DNA from: Gemmatimonadaceae bacterium
GTDB taxonomy: Bacteria > Gemmatimonadota > Gemmatimonadetes > Gemmatimonadales > Gemmatimonadaceae
Assembly (NCBI GenBank): GCA_033763905.1
Contig: JANRJP010000128.1
Coordinates: 1-19,066, forward strand
Length of the DNA: 19,066 nucleotides
Direction: 5' to 3'
The position numbers and the translations under genes were made by a program. Positions 1-8,247 of this stretch are shown one piece after another. Under the pieces are notes generated by a model that did no database searches, was not told the origin of the DNA, and saw only the letters and a program-made list of their open reading frames with translations. Within the stretch, counting starts at the first letter, position 1; every line of letters begins with the position of its first letter.

Positions 1-456
1 TCTGACCCCGGCGGGGTGCCGGTCGTGCTTCTGCACCACCTCAAGCACAACAAGGTGTTGCACCAGCAGGTGGTCATCCTGTCGGTGATGGTCGAAGACG
101 TGCCCGAAGTGCCGATCGCTGAGCGGCTCAAGGCAGAGGACGTCGGCGAGGGCTTTGCGCGCGTCATTGCACGCTACGGCTTCATGCAGACGCCGGATGT
201 GAAGGACATCTTGGCGACCTGTCGCCTCAGCGGCTTCTGTGGCGCGCCCTCGATGACGTCGTACTATCTGGGTCGCGAGCGGATTCTGGTGAAGGACTAC
301 GACCTGCTCAAGCAGGAGCAGCCGATCAAGATCCTGCTGCACACCTGGCACGTGAAGCTCTTCGGGCTGATGTCACGGAACGCTCGCTCGGCGGCGGAGT
401 ACTTCGGGATCCCGCCCAATCGTGTCGTGGAACTCGGCGCCCAAGTCGAACTCTGA
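1..456 (+). CDS. kup: KUP/HAK/KT family potassium uptake transporter, C-terminal part (5' truncated by window)
   Basis: Frame open from base 1. Kup C-terminal motifs are present: PVVLLHHLKHNKVLH, ARYGFMQTPDV, YYLGRE, LFGLMSRNA..A.EYFGIPPNRVVELGAQVEL*. Stop TGA 454-456 overlaps the next ATG (TGATG). Confidence 0.95.
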   Translation, partial: SDPGGVPVVLLHHLKHNKVLHQQVVILSVMVEDVPEVPIAERLKAEDVGEGFARVIARYGFMQTPDVKDILATCRLSGFCGAPSMTSYYLGRERILVKDYDLLKQEQPIKILLHTWHVKLFGLMSRNARSAAEYFGIPPNRVVELGAQVEL

Positions 457-941
457 TGATTCGCCGGTACCTGATGCGCCGCGCCAGCGTCGCGTTCGCC
501 GCGCGTGCGATGAGCTGGTATCCGCCCTTTCTCGGGGCCGGCGTCTCGGCCCGCGCGCTCGACGAATACACGATCGAAGTCACGATGCGGCTACGTTGGT
601 ACAACCGGAACATCGTCGGGACGCACTTCGGCGGCTCGCTCTACGCGATGTGCGACCCGTGGTTCATGCTGCTGCTCATGCGCCACTTGGGCGGCGGTTA
701 CGTCGTGTGGGACAAGGCGGCGACGGTGCGCTTTAAGCGCCCGGGGCGCGGCACGGTGCGCGCGCGCTTCCACATTCCGCCGACGCAGGTCGACGACATT
801 CGCGCCCGCGCCGACGCGGAGCCCAAGCTGGAGCCCCAGTTCGTCACGCAGGTGCTGGCGGGCGATGGAACCGTCGTCGCCGACGTCGAGAAGCTGCTCT
901 ATGTCCGCCGGCGCGAGCCCGCGGCGGGGAAGGCCGCGTGA
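456..941 (+). CDS. Hotdog-fold PaaI/DUF4442-type thioesterase-like protein
   Basis: Motifs WYPPFLGAG, NRNIVGTHFGGSLYAMCDP, YVVWDKAATVRFKRPGRG. Overlapping stop/start on both sides (TGATG, GTGA) suggests translational coupling. Confidence 0.85.
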   Translation: MIRRYLMRRASVAFAARAMSWYPPFLGAGVSARALDEYTIEVTMRLRWYNRNIVGTHFGGSLYAMCDPWFMLLLMRHLGGGYVVWDKAATVRFKRPGRGTVRARFHIPPTQVDDIRARADAEPKLEPQFVTQVLAGDGTVVADVEKLLYVRRREPAAGKAA

Positions 942-1735
942 GGCGGCCGCTGTCGTGCGTGTTGGCCCTGCTGGCCGCCGGCACGCTCGCGGGCTGCGAG
1001 GTGGACGACCGCGAAATCGGTGCGGCCGCTGCGAAGCAGATCGACGAACAGGTGACCCCGCTCGCCGATCCCGCCGCGCAGGCCGCGATGCAGAAACTCG
1101 GCGATGCCCTCGTGCGGGCGAGCGGTGACACGAACTACCAGTGGCGCTTCCGCGTCGTGGTCGATTCGTCGATCAACGCCTTCGCGCTGCCCGGCGGCTA
1201 CGTGTACGTGCACACGGCGCTGATCGCGCGCGCGGGAGATGTCGACGAACTCGGCGGCGTCGTCGGTCACGAAGTCGCGCACGCCGTCCTGCGACACGGC
1301 GCGGAACAGGCCGAAAAGGGGCAGATCGGCACCGCCATTCTTGCCGGCGTGTGTCTGTTCACCGGCTGGTGTGACGGCGGCCTCGCCTCGGTGGCGATCA
1401 ACGTCGGTACGACCGCCGTGATGTCCAAGTTCTCGCGAGGCGACGAGCTCGAGGCCGATTCGGCCGGTGTGCAGTACGCGGCCCGCGCCGGACTCGACCC
1501 GCGTGGCGTCACGCGCTTCTTCAAGCAGCTGGAAGCCGAGCGGGGCGATTCTCCCGCCATCCTGCAGTTCCTCAGCACCCACCCGATGGAAGCCGACCGC
1601 ATCGCGCGGGTCGAGTCGCTGGTTGCCGCCGGCGCTGCGCGTCGCGTGGGGAGCGGAGCGCCGACCGCTACGCCGAAGGATTCGCTGGTGGCGTGGTTTG
1701 CGTTGCTGCAGTCGCGTTCTTCCGCGCCTCGCTGA
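938..1735 (+). CDS. Peptidase M48 family Zn metalloprotease, lipoprotein (BepA/LoiP-like, no TPR domain)
   Basis: Lipobox LAGC after a short signal. INAFALPGG, HEVAH zinc motif, FSRGDELEAD third ligand region, FLSTHP. GTG start overlaps the upstream stop. Confidence 0.93.
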   Translation: MRRPLSCVLALLAAGTLAGCEVDDREIGAAAAKQIDEQVTPLADPAAQAAMQKLGDALVRASGDTNYQWRFRVVVDSSINAFALPGGYVYVHTALIARAGDVDELGGVVGHEVAHAVLRHGAEQAEKGQIGTAILAGVCLFTGWCDGGLASVAINVGTTAVMSKFSRGDELEADSAGVQYAARAGLDPRGVTRFFKQLEAERGDSPAILQFLSTHPMEADRIARVESLVAAGAARRVGSGAPTATPKDSLVAWFALLQSRSSAPR

Positions 1736-2159
1736 GATACGCCGGCTCCAGCGCGAGCAGGTTCGCCAGTTTCCGCACGAGGTACGCCTCGTGGTCGGCC
1801 AACTCACCGTCCGCCAGAATGACGCTCCACATGATCTCGGCGAGCACCATCCGCTGGCCGAGATCGAAGCCCGTGAGGACGTCGCGGGTGAAGGTGAAGT
1901 GGTCCACCGACTGCCGGACCGCCTCCTCGGCTTCGTGCAGCAGCGCCGCGACGCCGGCCTGATCCAGACCGAAGTGGCGCGTGAGCGCGTGGGAGATCAC
2001 CGTGCGCTCCTGAAGCGAGAACTCGCCGTCAGCGAGCGCCAGCTCCACGAGCAGGGCACAGGCGGCCACCTGCACATCGGGCGTGCGGGCGGCGGCGTGG
2101 CGTGGGGGCGAGGCCGGCGTTGCAGCGCCGGCGAGCAGTCGCTTGAGCGTGGAAAGCAT
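1668..2159 (-). CDS. TerB-family (tellurite-resistance-like) protein
   Basis: Two TerB-type repeats: ALLVELALADGEFSLQE and VILADGELADHEAYLVRKLANLL. N-terminus is amphipathic (MLSTLKRLL). Confidence 0.88.
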   Translation of the reverse strand: MLSTLKRLLAGAATPASPPRHAAARTPDVQVAACALLVELALADGEFSLQERTVISHALTRHFGLDQAGVAALLHEAEEAVRQSVDHFTFTRDVLTGFDLGQRMVLAEIMWSVILADGELADHEAYLVRKLANLLALEPAYLSEARKNATAATQTTPPANPSA

Positions 2160-2164
2160 TCCGG

Positions 2165-2170
2165 AATCTA
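2165..2170 (-). promoter_or_regulatory. Putative -10 element TAGATT for the TerB gene (likely leaderless)
   Basis: Minus strand reads TAGATT-CCGGA-ATG, a TANNNT hexamer 5 nt before the start, with no properly spaced SD. Confidence 0.5.
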
Positions 2171-2211
2171 AGGCGCACGTCGGGTGGAGGCGTGGCGATG
2201 GCCGTCGGCGC

Positions 2212-2217
2212 TAGATT
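2212..2217 (+). promoter_or_regulatory. Putative -10 element TAGATT for the methyltransferase-like gene (likely leaderless)
   Basis: TAGATT-CGCCCT-ATG, a TANNNT hexamer 6 nt before the start, with no properly spaced SD. Confidence 0.5.
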
Positions 2218-2223
2218 CGCCCT

Positions 2224-3096
2224 ATGGGTCTCGACACGCTGGGTATCCGGTTCCTGCTCTTCGCGAAGCGGCGCGGCGTCAGCTTCACGACGACGGCGAT
2301 GATCGGACGGCAAAGCCTCAATCTCGACGCCGACGCGCTGTCGGCGGCGTTTCGGCAGTTCGGCGCGCCGTTGCCCGGCGGCGGCGCCGCTGGCGTGCTC
2401 TCGGGGGCACAGGGATACGCCGAGCCCCTGTTCGCCGCGCTCGGCGCGGCCACCGTGGCCTCGTTCGATGCCGCCCCGTACGAGCAGGCCACGCACATCC
2501 ACGACTTCAACCAGCCCATTCCGGCAGCGCACCACGCACAGTACTCGGCCGTGCTGGACGGTGGAACACTGGAGCACGTGTTCAATTTCCCGGTGGCGCT
2601 GGCCAACGCGATGCAGATGGTGCGGCCCGGCGGACACTTCGTCGGCATTCTGACAGCGAACAATTTTTTGGGGCACGGGTTCTACCAGCTGAGTCCCGAG
2701 CTGTTTCACTCCGCCCTCTCCGAGCCCAACGGCTACGTGCTCGAGCATCTCATCGCCGTCGAAGACCGGCCGGGCGCGCCCTGGTACGAAGTGACGAGCC
2801 CCGATGCGGTCCGGGAGCGTGTCACGCTGGTGAATCGTCATCCGCTCTACCTGCTCGTGGTGGCGCGCCGGACGCGCGACGTCGTGCCGTTCGCGACCGC
2901 GCCGCAGCAAAGCGACTATCAGGCGATGTGGGCCGCCGAGGCCCCGACCACCGCGCGACGTCAGCGTGCGGCGTGGCGCATCGCGCTGTCGCACCGTGTC
3001 GTGCGCCCCCTGATGCGGGGGATCCGGCGTGTGACCGGCAACGACAGCGACACGTTCAACCGACGTCATTACCGCCGATTCGACCCGACGGCCTGA
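2224..3096 (+). CDS. Class I SAM-dependent methyltransferase-like protein
   Basis: VASFDAAPYEQATHIHDFNQPI, YSAVLDGGTLEHVFN and AMQMVRPGGHF match class I MTase motifs II-V. Motif I is degenerate (AMIGRQ). Confidence 0.7.
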   Translation: MGLDTLGIRFLLFAKRRGVSFTTTAMIGRQSLNLDADALSAAFRQFGAPLPGGGAAGVLSGAQGYAEPLFAALGAATVASFDAAPYEQATHIHDFNQPIPAAHHAQYSAVLDGGTLEHVFNFPVALANAMQMVRPGGHFVGILTANNFLGHGFYQLSPELFHSALSEPNGYVLEHLIAVEDRPGAPWYEVTSPDAVRERVTLVNRHPLYLLVVARRTRDVVPFATAPQQSDYQAMWAAEAPTTARRQRAAWRIALSHRVVRPLMRGIRRVTGNDSDTFNRRHYRRFDPTA

Positions 3097-3105
3097 CCGA
3101 GGCTG

Positions 3106-5235
3106 ATGCCAGAACCGCACGAATTCCTCCAGAATCTCGCGCTGGTCCTCAGCGTCGCCGCGCTCGCGGCGGTGCTGTTCCACGCGTTGCGGTTGCCGGT
3201 TGTGTTCGGCTACCTCGTCGCGGGGATGGTCGTGGGCCCGTACCTGCCGATCCCGCTCGTCGCCGACCCCAAGCTCGTGCGGGCACTGTCCGAACTGGGC
3301 GTCATCCTGCTGATGTACTCCCTCGGGCTCGAGTTCCGTCTGCGTCGCGTGGCCGACGTCGCCGCGACGGCAGGCCCTGCCGCGCTCGCCGAGACGACCG
3401 TGATGTTCGGCCTGGGCTACGCCTTCGGCGCGCTCGCCGGCTGGACGCCGCTCGAAAGCCTGTTCACCGGCGCGATGATCGCCATCAGTTCGACCACCAT
3501 CATCGCCAAGACGTTCGGCGATGTCGGCATTGCGCCACGCTTGAAGGAGATCGTCTTTGGCGTCCTTATCGTCGAAGATCTGATTGCCATCTTGCTGATC
3601 GCGATCCTGTCGGCCGTGGCGACCGGTGGGACCATCACGCTGGCGTCGCTCGGCGTGACGGGGGTGCGTCTGGCGTCGTTTCTCGTGGCGATCATCGGCA
3701 TTGGCCTGGTCGTGCTGCCGCGAGTGATGACGCGGGTCGTGGCGATCGGGCGCGACGAAATGACCACGTTGGCCGCGATCGGCGTGTGCTTCGCCGCCGC
3801 GCTGCTGGCCCTTGCCTTCGGCTACTCGGTAGCGCTGGGAGCGTTCATTGCGGGTTCCTTGGTGGCCGAATCCGGACACGGCGACGGGATTGCCCACCGC
3901 ATCGAGCCGGTGCGCGATGTCTTCGTCGCGATCTTCTTCGTCTCGGTCGGGATGTTGATCGATCCGTCGGTCGTCGCCGTGCATTGGGTGGCGATCCTTG
4001 CCCTGAGCGCGACGGTGGTCGTCGGCAAGCTGCTGGCGGCAAGTCTGGGCGTCTTCGCCGCGGGCTATGGCGTGCGCGACGGCGTGCGGGCCGGGATGAG
4101 CCTCGCGCAGATCGGCGAGTTCAGCTTCATCATCGCTGGCGTCGGACTGGCCGCGGGGGCGATTCGGCCGTTCCTGTACCCAGTGGCCGTCGCCGTCTCC
4201 GCCATCACCACGCTGCTGACGCCGTGGCTCGTCCGCGCGGCGGACCCTGCGGCGGCGTGGGTCGATCGCCGACTGCCGCGGGCGTTGCAAACGTACGCCG
4301 CACTCTACGGCTCGTGGATCGAGCGACTTCGCGCGGGCGGTGGTGACGCCGACGACCGCGCCGCGTTGCGCCGGCTCGTTCGTCTCGTCGCGATCGACGT
4401 GGCGCTGCTGATGGGCTTGGTGATTGCCACCGGTGCGGAAGTGGGACGCCTCGGCGTGATGGTGCAGGAGTGGTTCGACTGGACCGCCGTCGGCGGTCGG
4501 CGCGCCGTGCTGTCGCTTGCCGCCGTCGCCGCGCTGCCGCTCCTCGTGGCCCTGTGGCGTACGACGCGCGCGTTGTCCGCGGCGCTGGGACTGCGCGCCC
4601 TGCCGGCGCCGGCGCGCGGTCTCGACCGCGCGGACACTCCGCGCCGCGCGCTGATCGCCTCGCTGCACTTCGCGCTGTTGCTCGCGTGCTCGACGCCGAT
4701 TCTGGTCGTGGCGCAGCCGTTCATTCCGCAGCTGCCGACGATCGCCGTGTTCGGCGCGCTCGTCGTCGTGCTGGGCATCGTGCTCTGGCAGAGCGCGGGG
4801 TCGCTCTACGGCCACGCTCGGGCCAGCGCCGAGGTGTACTCGATGGCGCTGAGTCAGCACGATCGCGTACGGGAAGGCGAAGCCGAGATTGCCGCCACGG
4901 TCCGTCGCGTGAGTCAGATGCTCCCCGGACTCGGCGATCCCGTACCCGTGGTGCTCGAGTCGGCGAGTCAGGCGTCCGGCCGCACGCTGCGCGAGCTCGA
5001 CCTGCGCGGCCGAACCGGAGCGACGGTGCTGTCACTCACGCACGCGGACGGCCGCACCGTCGATGGCGTACCGAGCGGGAGTCAGCGGTTGGCGGCTGGC
5101 GACGTGCTGGTGTTGGCCGGCACTGAGGGCGCGGTCGCCGCCGCCCGCTCGCTACTGCTTGGCGCCTCCGCCCCCGCGCCCGCTGCCGCCGCCTCGTCCT
5201 CCGCGGCGATTCCGGCCACCGCCACCCCCACCTGA
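3106..5235 (+). CDS. CPA2 family cation:proton antiporter with extra TM region and C-terminal TrkA_C (RCK_C) domain
   Basis: About 12 hydrophobic segments with GYLVAGMVVGP, ELGVILLMYSLGLEF, AISSTTII, GVLIVEDL, ALGAFIAG, FFVSVG, LAQIGEFSFII. C-terminal GRTLRELDLRGRTGATVL...GDVLVLAG is TrkA_C-like. GAGG precedes ATG 3106. Confidence 0.93.
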   Translation: MPEPHEFLQNLALVLSVAALAAVLFHALRLPVVFGYLVAGMVVGPYLPIPLVADPKLVRALSELGVILLMYSLGLEFRLRRVADVAATAGPAALAETTVMFGLGYAFGALAGWTPLESLFTGAMIAISSTTIIAKTFGDVGIAPRLKEIVFGVLIVEDLIAILLIAILSAVATGGTITLASLGVTGVRLASFLVAIIGIGLVVLPRVMTRVVAIGRDEMTTLAAIGVCFAAALLALAFGYSVALGAFIAGSLVAESGHGDGIAHRIEPVRDVFVAIFFVSVGMLIDPSVVAVHWVAILALSATVVVGKLLAASLGVFAAGYGVRDGVRAGMSLAQIGEFSFIIAGVGLAAGAIRPFLYPVAVAVSAITTLLTPWLVRAADPAAAWVDRRLPRALQTYAALYGSWIERLRAGGGDADDRAALRRLVRLVAIDVALLMGLVIATGAEVGRLGVMVQEWFDWTAVGGRRAVLSLAAVAALPLLVALWRTTRALSAALGLRALPAPARGLDRADTPRRALIASLHFALLLACSTPILVVAQPFIPQLPTIAVFGALVVVLGIVLWQSAGSLYGHARASAEVYSMALSQHDRVREGEAEIAATVRRVSQMLPGLGDPVPVVLESASQASGRTLRELDLRGRTGATVLSLTHADGRTVDGVPSGSQRLAAGDVLVLAGTEGAVAAARSLLLGASAPAPAAAASSSAAIPATATPT

Positions 5236-6615
5236 CCCGCGACCACCTCCAGGACGATCCCCGGCGTACGGGGAGTCCCCGGAGCGACCACCCCCACCGC
5301 CCGACGCGGGACGCGCCGGCGGCCGCGGACCACCGCGTGTGCTACCGCTCGACCCGGCGCTGCCGCCACCGCCACCCGACTGCGCACGACGCGCCGCCTT
5401 CTCGGCCGCGCGCTTGCGCTCTTCCGCCTTGCGGGCACGAATCTCCTTGATGCGCTCGGCCAGCGGCACTTCGAAGGCTTCCGGCGCGCGCTTGCTGTAG
5501 TCGAAGTCCGGCAGCGTCACGCGAGGGAGCCGCTTCCCCACCGCGCGTTCGATCGCGCGCAGGTCCTCTTCCTCGTCGGGCGACACGAACGTGTACGCCT
5601 CGCCCGTGAGCCCCGCGCGCGCGGTGCGTCCCACGCGATGGATGTAGTCCTCGGACTGCACCGGCACATCGAAGTTCACGACGTGCCCCAGTGCCTCGAC
5701 GTCGATGCCGCGTGCGATGATGTCGGTCCCGACCAGAATCTTGAGCGTGCCGTTCTTGAAGCCTTCGAGGGCCGCCGTGCGCTGGGCCTGACTGCGATTG
5801 CCGTGAATGCGCTCCGCCTTCACTCCGGCCTTCGCGAGCCGCTCTGCGAGGCGGTTGGCACGATGCTTGGTGCGGGTGAACACCAAGGCCTGCTTCATCT
5901 CGCCGCCCGTCACCAGCTTGAGCAGCAGATCCACCTTCAGGTCCTGAGAGACCGGGTAGACCGCCTGCGTGATGCCGCTGGCCGGCATCGCCTTGCGCTC
6001 CAGGTCGATCAGGCCAGGGTTCTTGAGCATCTCGCGCGAGAGCTGCGCGATCGGATCGGGCATCGTCGCGCTGAAGAACAGCGTCTGACGCTTCGCGGGC
6101 ACGTGCTTCAGCACCCGGCGGATATCGGGGAGAAAGCCCATATCGAGCATCCGGTCGGCTTCGTCGAGCACGAGGAACTCGACATTCGCCAGCGACGCGT
6201 ACGGCTTGCTCAGATGGTCGAGCAAGCGGCCTGGCGTGGCCACCAGCACATCGACGCCGACGCGGAACGCGTGCTCCTGTGGTCCCATCCCGACACCGCC
6301 GAAGATCGCGGCGGCGGTCAACGGCGTGTGGACCGCGACTTCCTCGAGCGCCTGCAGCACTTGCGCCGCGAGCTCGCGGGTCGGCGTCAGCACGAGCGCC
6401 CGCGTCTTGCCGCGCGGCATCGACATCAGGTGATGCAGAATCGGTAGGAGGAAGGCGTAGGTCTTTCCGCTGCCGGTCATCGCGCAGGCCAGCAGGTCCC
6501 GCCGCTCGAGTCCGACCGGGATCGCCTTCTCCTGGATTGGCGTCGGCCGCGTGTAGCCCAGGTCCTTCAGGCCGCGCAACAGCGCGGGGTCGAGCGGAAG
6601 CGAACTGAACGCCAT
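5152..6615 (-). CDS. rhlE: DEAD-box ATP-dependent RNA helicase (RhlE-like) with Gly/Arg-rich tail
   Basis: Q motif (GYTRPTPIQ), TGSGKT, PTRELA, TPGRL, DEAD, SAT, HGNRSQAQR, ARGID, YIHRVGRTARAG. Start reassigned to ATG 6615 (MAFSSL), preceded by SD-like GAAGG. The rhlE subfamily call is less certain than the DEAD-box call. Confidence 0.95.
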   Translation of the reverse strand: MAFSSLPLDPALLRGLKDLGYTRPTPIQEKAIPVGLERRDLLACAMTGSGKTYAFLLPILHHLMSMPRGKTRALVLTPTRELAAQVLQALEEVAVHTPLTAAAIFGGVGMGPQEHAFRVGVDVLVATPGRLLDHLSKPYASLANVEFLVLDEADRMLDMGFLPDIRRVLKHVPAKRQTLFFSATMPDPIAQLSREMLKNPGLIDLERKAMPASGITQAVYPVSQDLKVDLLLKLVTGGEMKQALVFTRTKHRANRLAERLAKAGVKAERIHGNRSQAQRTAALEGFKNGTLKILVGTDIIARGIDVEALGHVVNFDVPVQSEDYIHRVGRTARAGLTGEAYTFVSPDEEEDLRAIERAVGKRLPRVTLPDFDYSKRAPEAFEVPLAERIKEIRARKAEERKRAAEKAARRAQSGGGGGSAGSSGSTRGGPRPPARPASGGGGGRSGDSPYAGDRPGGGRGSGGGGGGRNRRGGRGGGSGRGGGGAKQ

Positions 6616-6716
6616 TGCACCTTCGGGGATTATTGACGGGGGATGCCTGCCGGAAGCTAGCGGTGGAGGGTTCATCCCCGCAGGTTGCACACAGGCTTTC
6701 CTCAACGAGGTCCCGG

Positions 6717-7253
6717 ATGCTCCAAATGGTTCCCGTCCGCCTGGTCCTGTCGGCGGCACTCCTCGTCAGCGCGACGCCGGCGCTGGCGCAAAACATCAAG
6801 GCCGAAACCATCGCCGCCATCGACGACGCCGCGACCAAGCTCGTGGCGCTGGCCGAGGCGATGCCCGCCGACAAGTACAGCTGGCGACCCGCCCCCGGCG
6901 TGCGCTCGGTCAGCGAGGTCTTCATCCACGTCGCCGGCGGCAATCTGGGTATTCCCGGCATTGCCGGCGTCAAGCGGCGCCCCGACGCCCCGCTCGCGCG
7001 GGACGCCGAGAAGACCGTGACCGACAAGGCCGCCGTCATCGCGGCGCTCAAGGCATCGTTCACCTTCGTGAAGGCCGCGGTCAACGATGTCCCCGATGCC
7101 GAACTCGACGCCTCGGTGAACCTCTTCGGCCAGAAATCCACCAAGCGCGGCGTGCTGCTCTTGCTGGCGACGCACAATCACGAGCATCTCGGCCAGACGA
7201 TCGCCTATGCGCGAATGAATGGCGTGAAGCCCCCCTGGAGCGGTGGCAACTGA
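6717..7253 (+). CDS. DinB/YfiT superfamily protein with Sec signal peptide
   Basis: GAGG 6 nt before ATG 6717. Signal ends ALA|Q. MPADKYSWRPAPGVRSVSEVFIH and HNHEHLGQ give the His metal triad. C-terminus is YARMNGVKPPWS. Confidence 0.9.
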   Translation: MLQMVPVRLVLSAALLVSATPALAQNIKAETIAAIDDAATKLVALAEAMPADKYSWRPAPGVRSVSEVFIHVAGGNLGIPGIAGVKRRPDAPLARDAEKTVTDKAAVIAALKASFTFVKAAVNDVPDAELDASVNLFGQKSTKRGVLLLLATHNHEHLGQTIAYARMNGVKPPWSGGN

Positions 7254-7257
7254 CCCG

Positions 7258-8247
7258 ATGAGCACCACGGCACAACCGGACGAGGCGACCGAAGACCAAC
7301 TCGGCTTCGGTCGCGTCGTCTCGCAACGCGTCCGCGGACGGTTCCTCTCGCGCGACGGTCGCCCGACCAGCCGCAAGTATGGCACCGGCGCGCAGACGAT
7401 CGAACGCGTGTATCTGCAAGCGCTCAACGCGACGTGGGGATCGTTCATCCTCGCGTTGCTGGGCGCGCTGTTCCTGTTGAATGGCATCTTCGCGATGGCC
7501 TATTCCGCGCTCGGCGCCGATGCCATCGCCGGTACGGCGTCGCTGGGGCTCAATGACCCGTTCCTGCGCGCGCTGGCCTTCAGCGTCGGCGTCTTCACGA
7601 CCAGTGGCACCGGGTCGATGCACGCCGTGGGCCCGACGGCGCACTGGCTGTATCTCGTCGAGTCCTTCGTCGGCCCACTCACGCTCGTCGGTGCCGGCGG
7701 CCTGCTGATCGCGCGGTTGACCCGCCCGCGTACACGCATCGCCTTCAGTGAGTCGGCGGTGATTGCCCCGTTCGAAGGGGGGCGCGGGCTGATGTTCCGG
7801 ATGGTGAACCTGCGCCCGAGCGAACTCAGCGACGTCGAGGTGCGGCTCAATCTCGGTCGCTTCGAGACGATCAACGGCGAGCGGCAGCGCAACTTCCACT
7901 CGCTGACGCTGGAGTACTCGCGCGTCGAGTTCTTCTCGCTGCACTGGACCGTGGTGCACCCGATCACGGCCGACAGTCCGCTTGCTGGTGTGACGCCGGA
8001 GCAGTTGGCCGAATCGGAAGCGGAGTTTCTGATTCTGGTCACGGCCCACGAGGAGACCTTTTCCACGCGCGTTACCGCGCGGGCGTCCTACGTGGCGTCG
8101 GAAGTCTCGTGGGATGCGAAGTTCGCGTCGATCTTCGTCAACAGTGACGACACGATCGCGATCGATGTCGAACGCCTCTCGCTGCTCGAGCGACTGCCCG
8201 AGGGAAGCACCGCAACGCCGGCCGCGCTCGAATCAGCGGTGCGCTGA
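7258..8247 (+). CDS. Inward-rectifier (KirBac-like) 2TM ion channel with atypical selectivity filter
   Basis: Slide helix/TM1 (YLQALNATW...LNGIFAMAY), pore helix, TM2, then Kir cytoplasmic domain motifs RPRTRIAFSESAVI, LMFRMVN, HWTVVHPITADSPL, ARASY. Alternative start is GTG 7243. Confidence 0.88.
   Translation: MSTTAQPDEATEDQLGFGRVVSQRVRGRFLSRDGRPTSRKYGTGAQTIERVYLQALNATWGSFILALLGALFLLNGIFAMAYSALGADAIAGTASLGLNDPFLRALAFSVGVFTTSGTGSMHAVGPTAHWLYLVESFVGPLTLVGAGGLLIARLTRPRTRIAFSESAVIAPFEGGRGLMFRMVNLRPSELSDVEVRLNLGRFETINGERQRNFHSLTLEYSRVEFFSLHWTVVHPITADSPLAGVTPEQLAESEAEFLILVTAHEETFSTRVTARASYVASEVSWDAKFASIFVNSDDTIAIDVERLSLLERLPEGSTATPAALESAVR

Noticed and set aside
1668..2159. Tellurite-resistance or anti-phage ter operon
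   Set aside because: Only a standalone TerB-family gene is present. There is no terA/C/D/Z.
2186..2302. GGAGG followed 7 nt later by ATG 2198, opening a 34-aa out-of-frame ORF
   Set aside because: It lies upstream of the candidate -10 box, overlaps the methyltransferase out of frame, and has no coding signature. Probably chance, though a 1-nt indel cannot be excluded without reads.
2029..4860. 943-aa minus-strand ORF, plus the 720-aa ORF 2184..4346 (+)
   Set aside because: Shadow frames of the methyltransferase and CPA2 genes. They are Arg/Ala/Gly-rich with no motifs, as expected at this GC content.
6717..7253. DNA polymerase IV (dinB)
   Set aside because: Name collision only. This is the small four-helix DinB/YfiT fold with a signal peptide.
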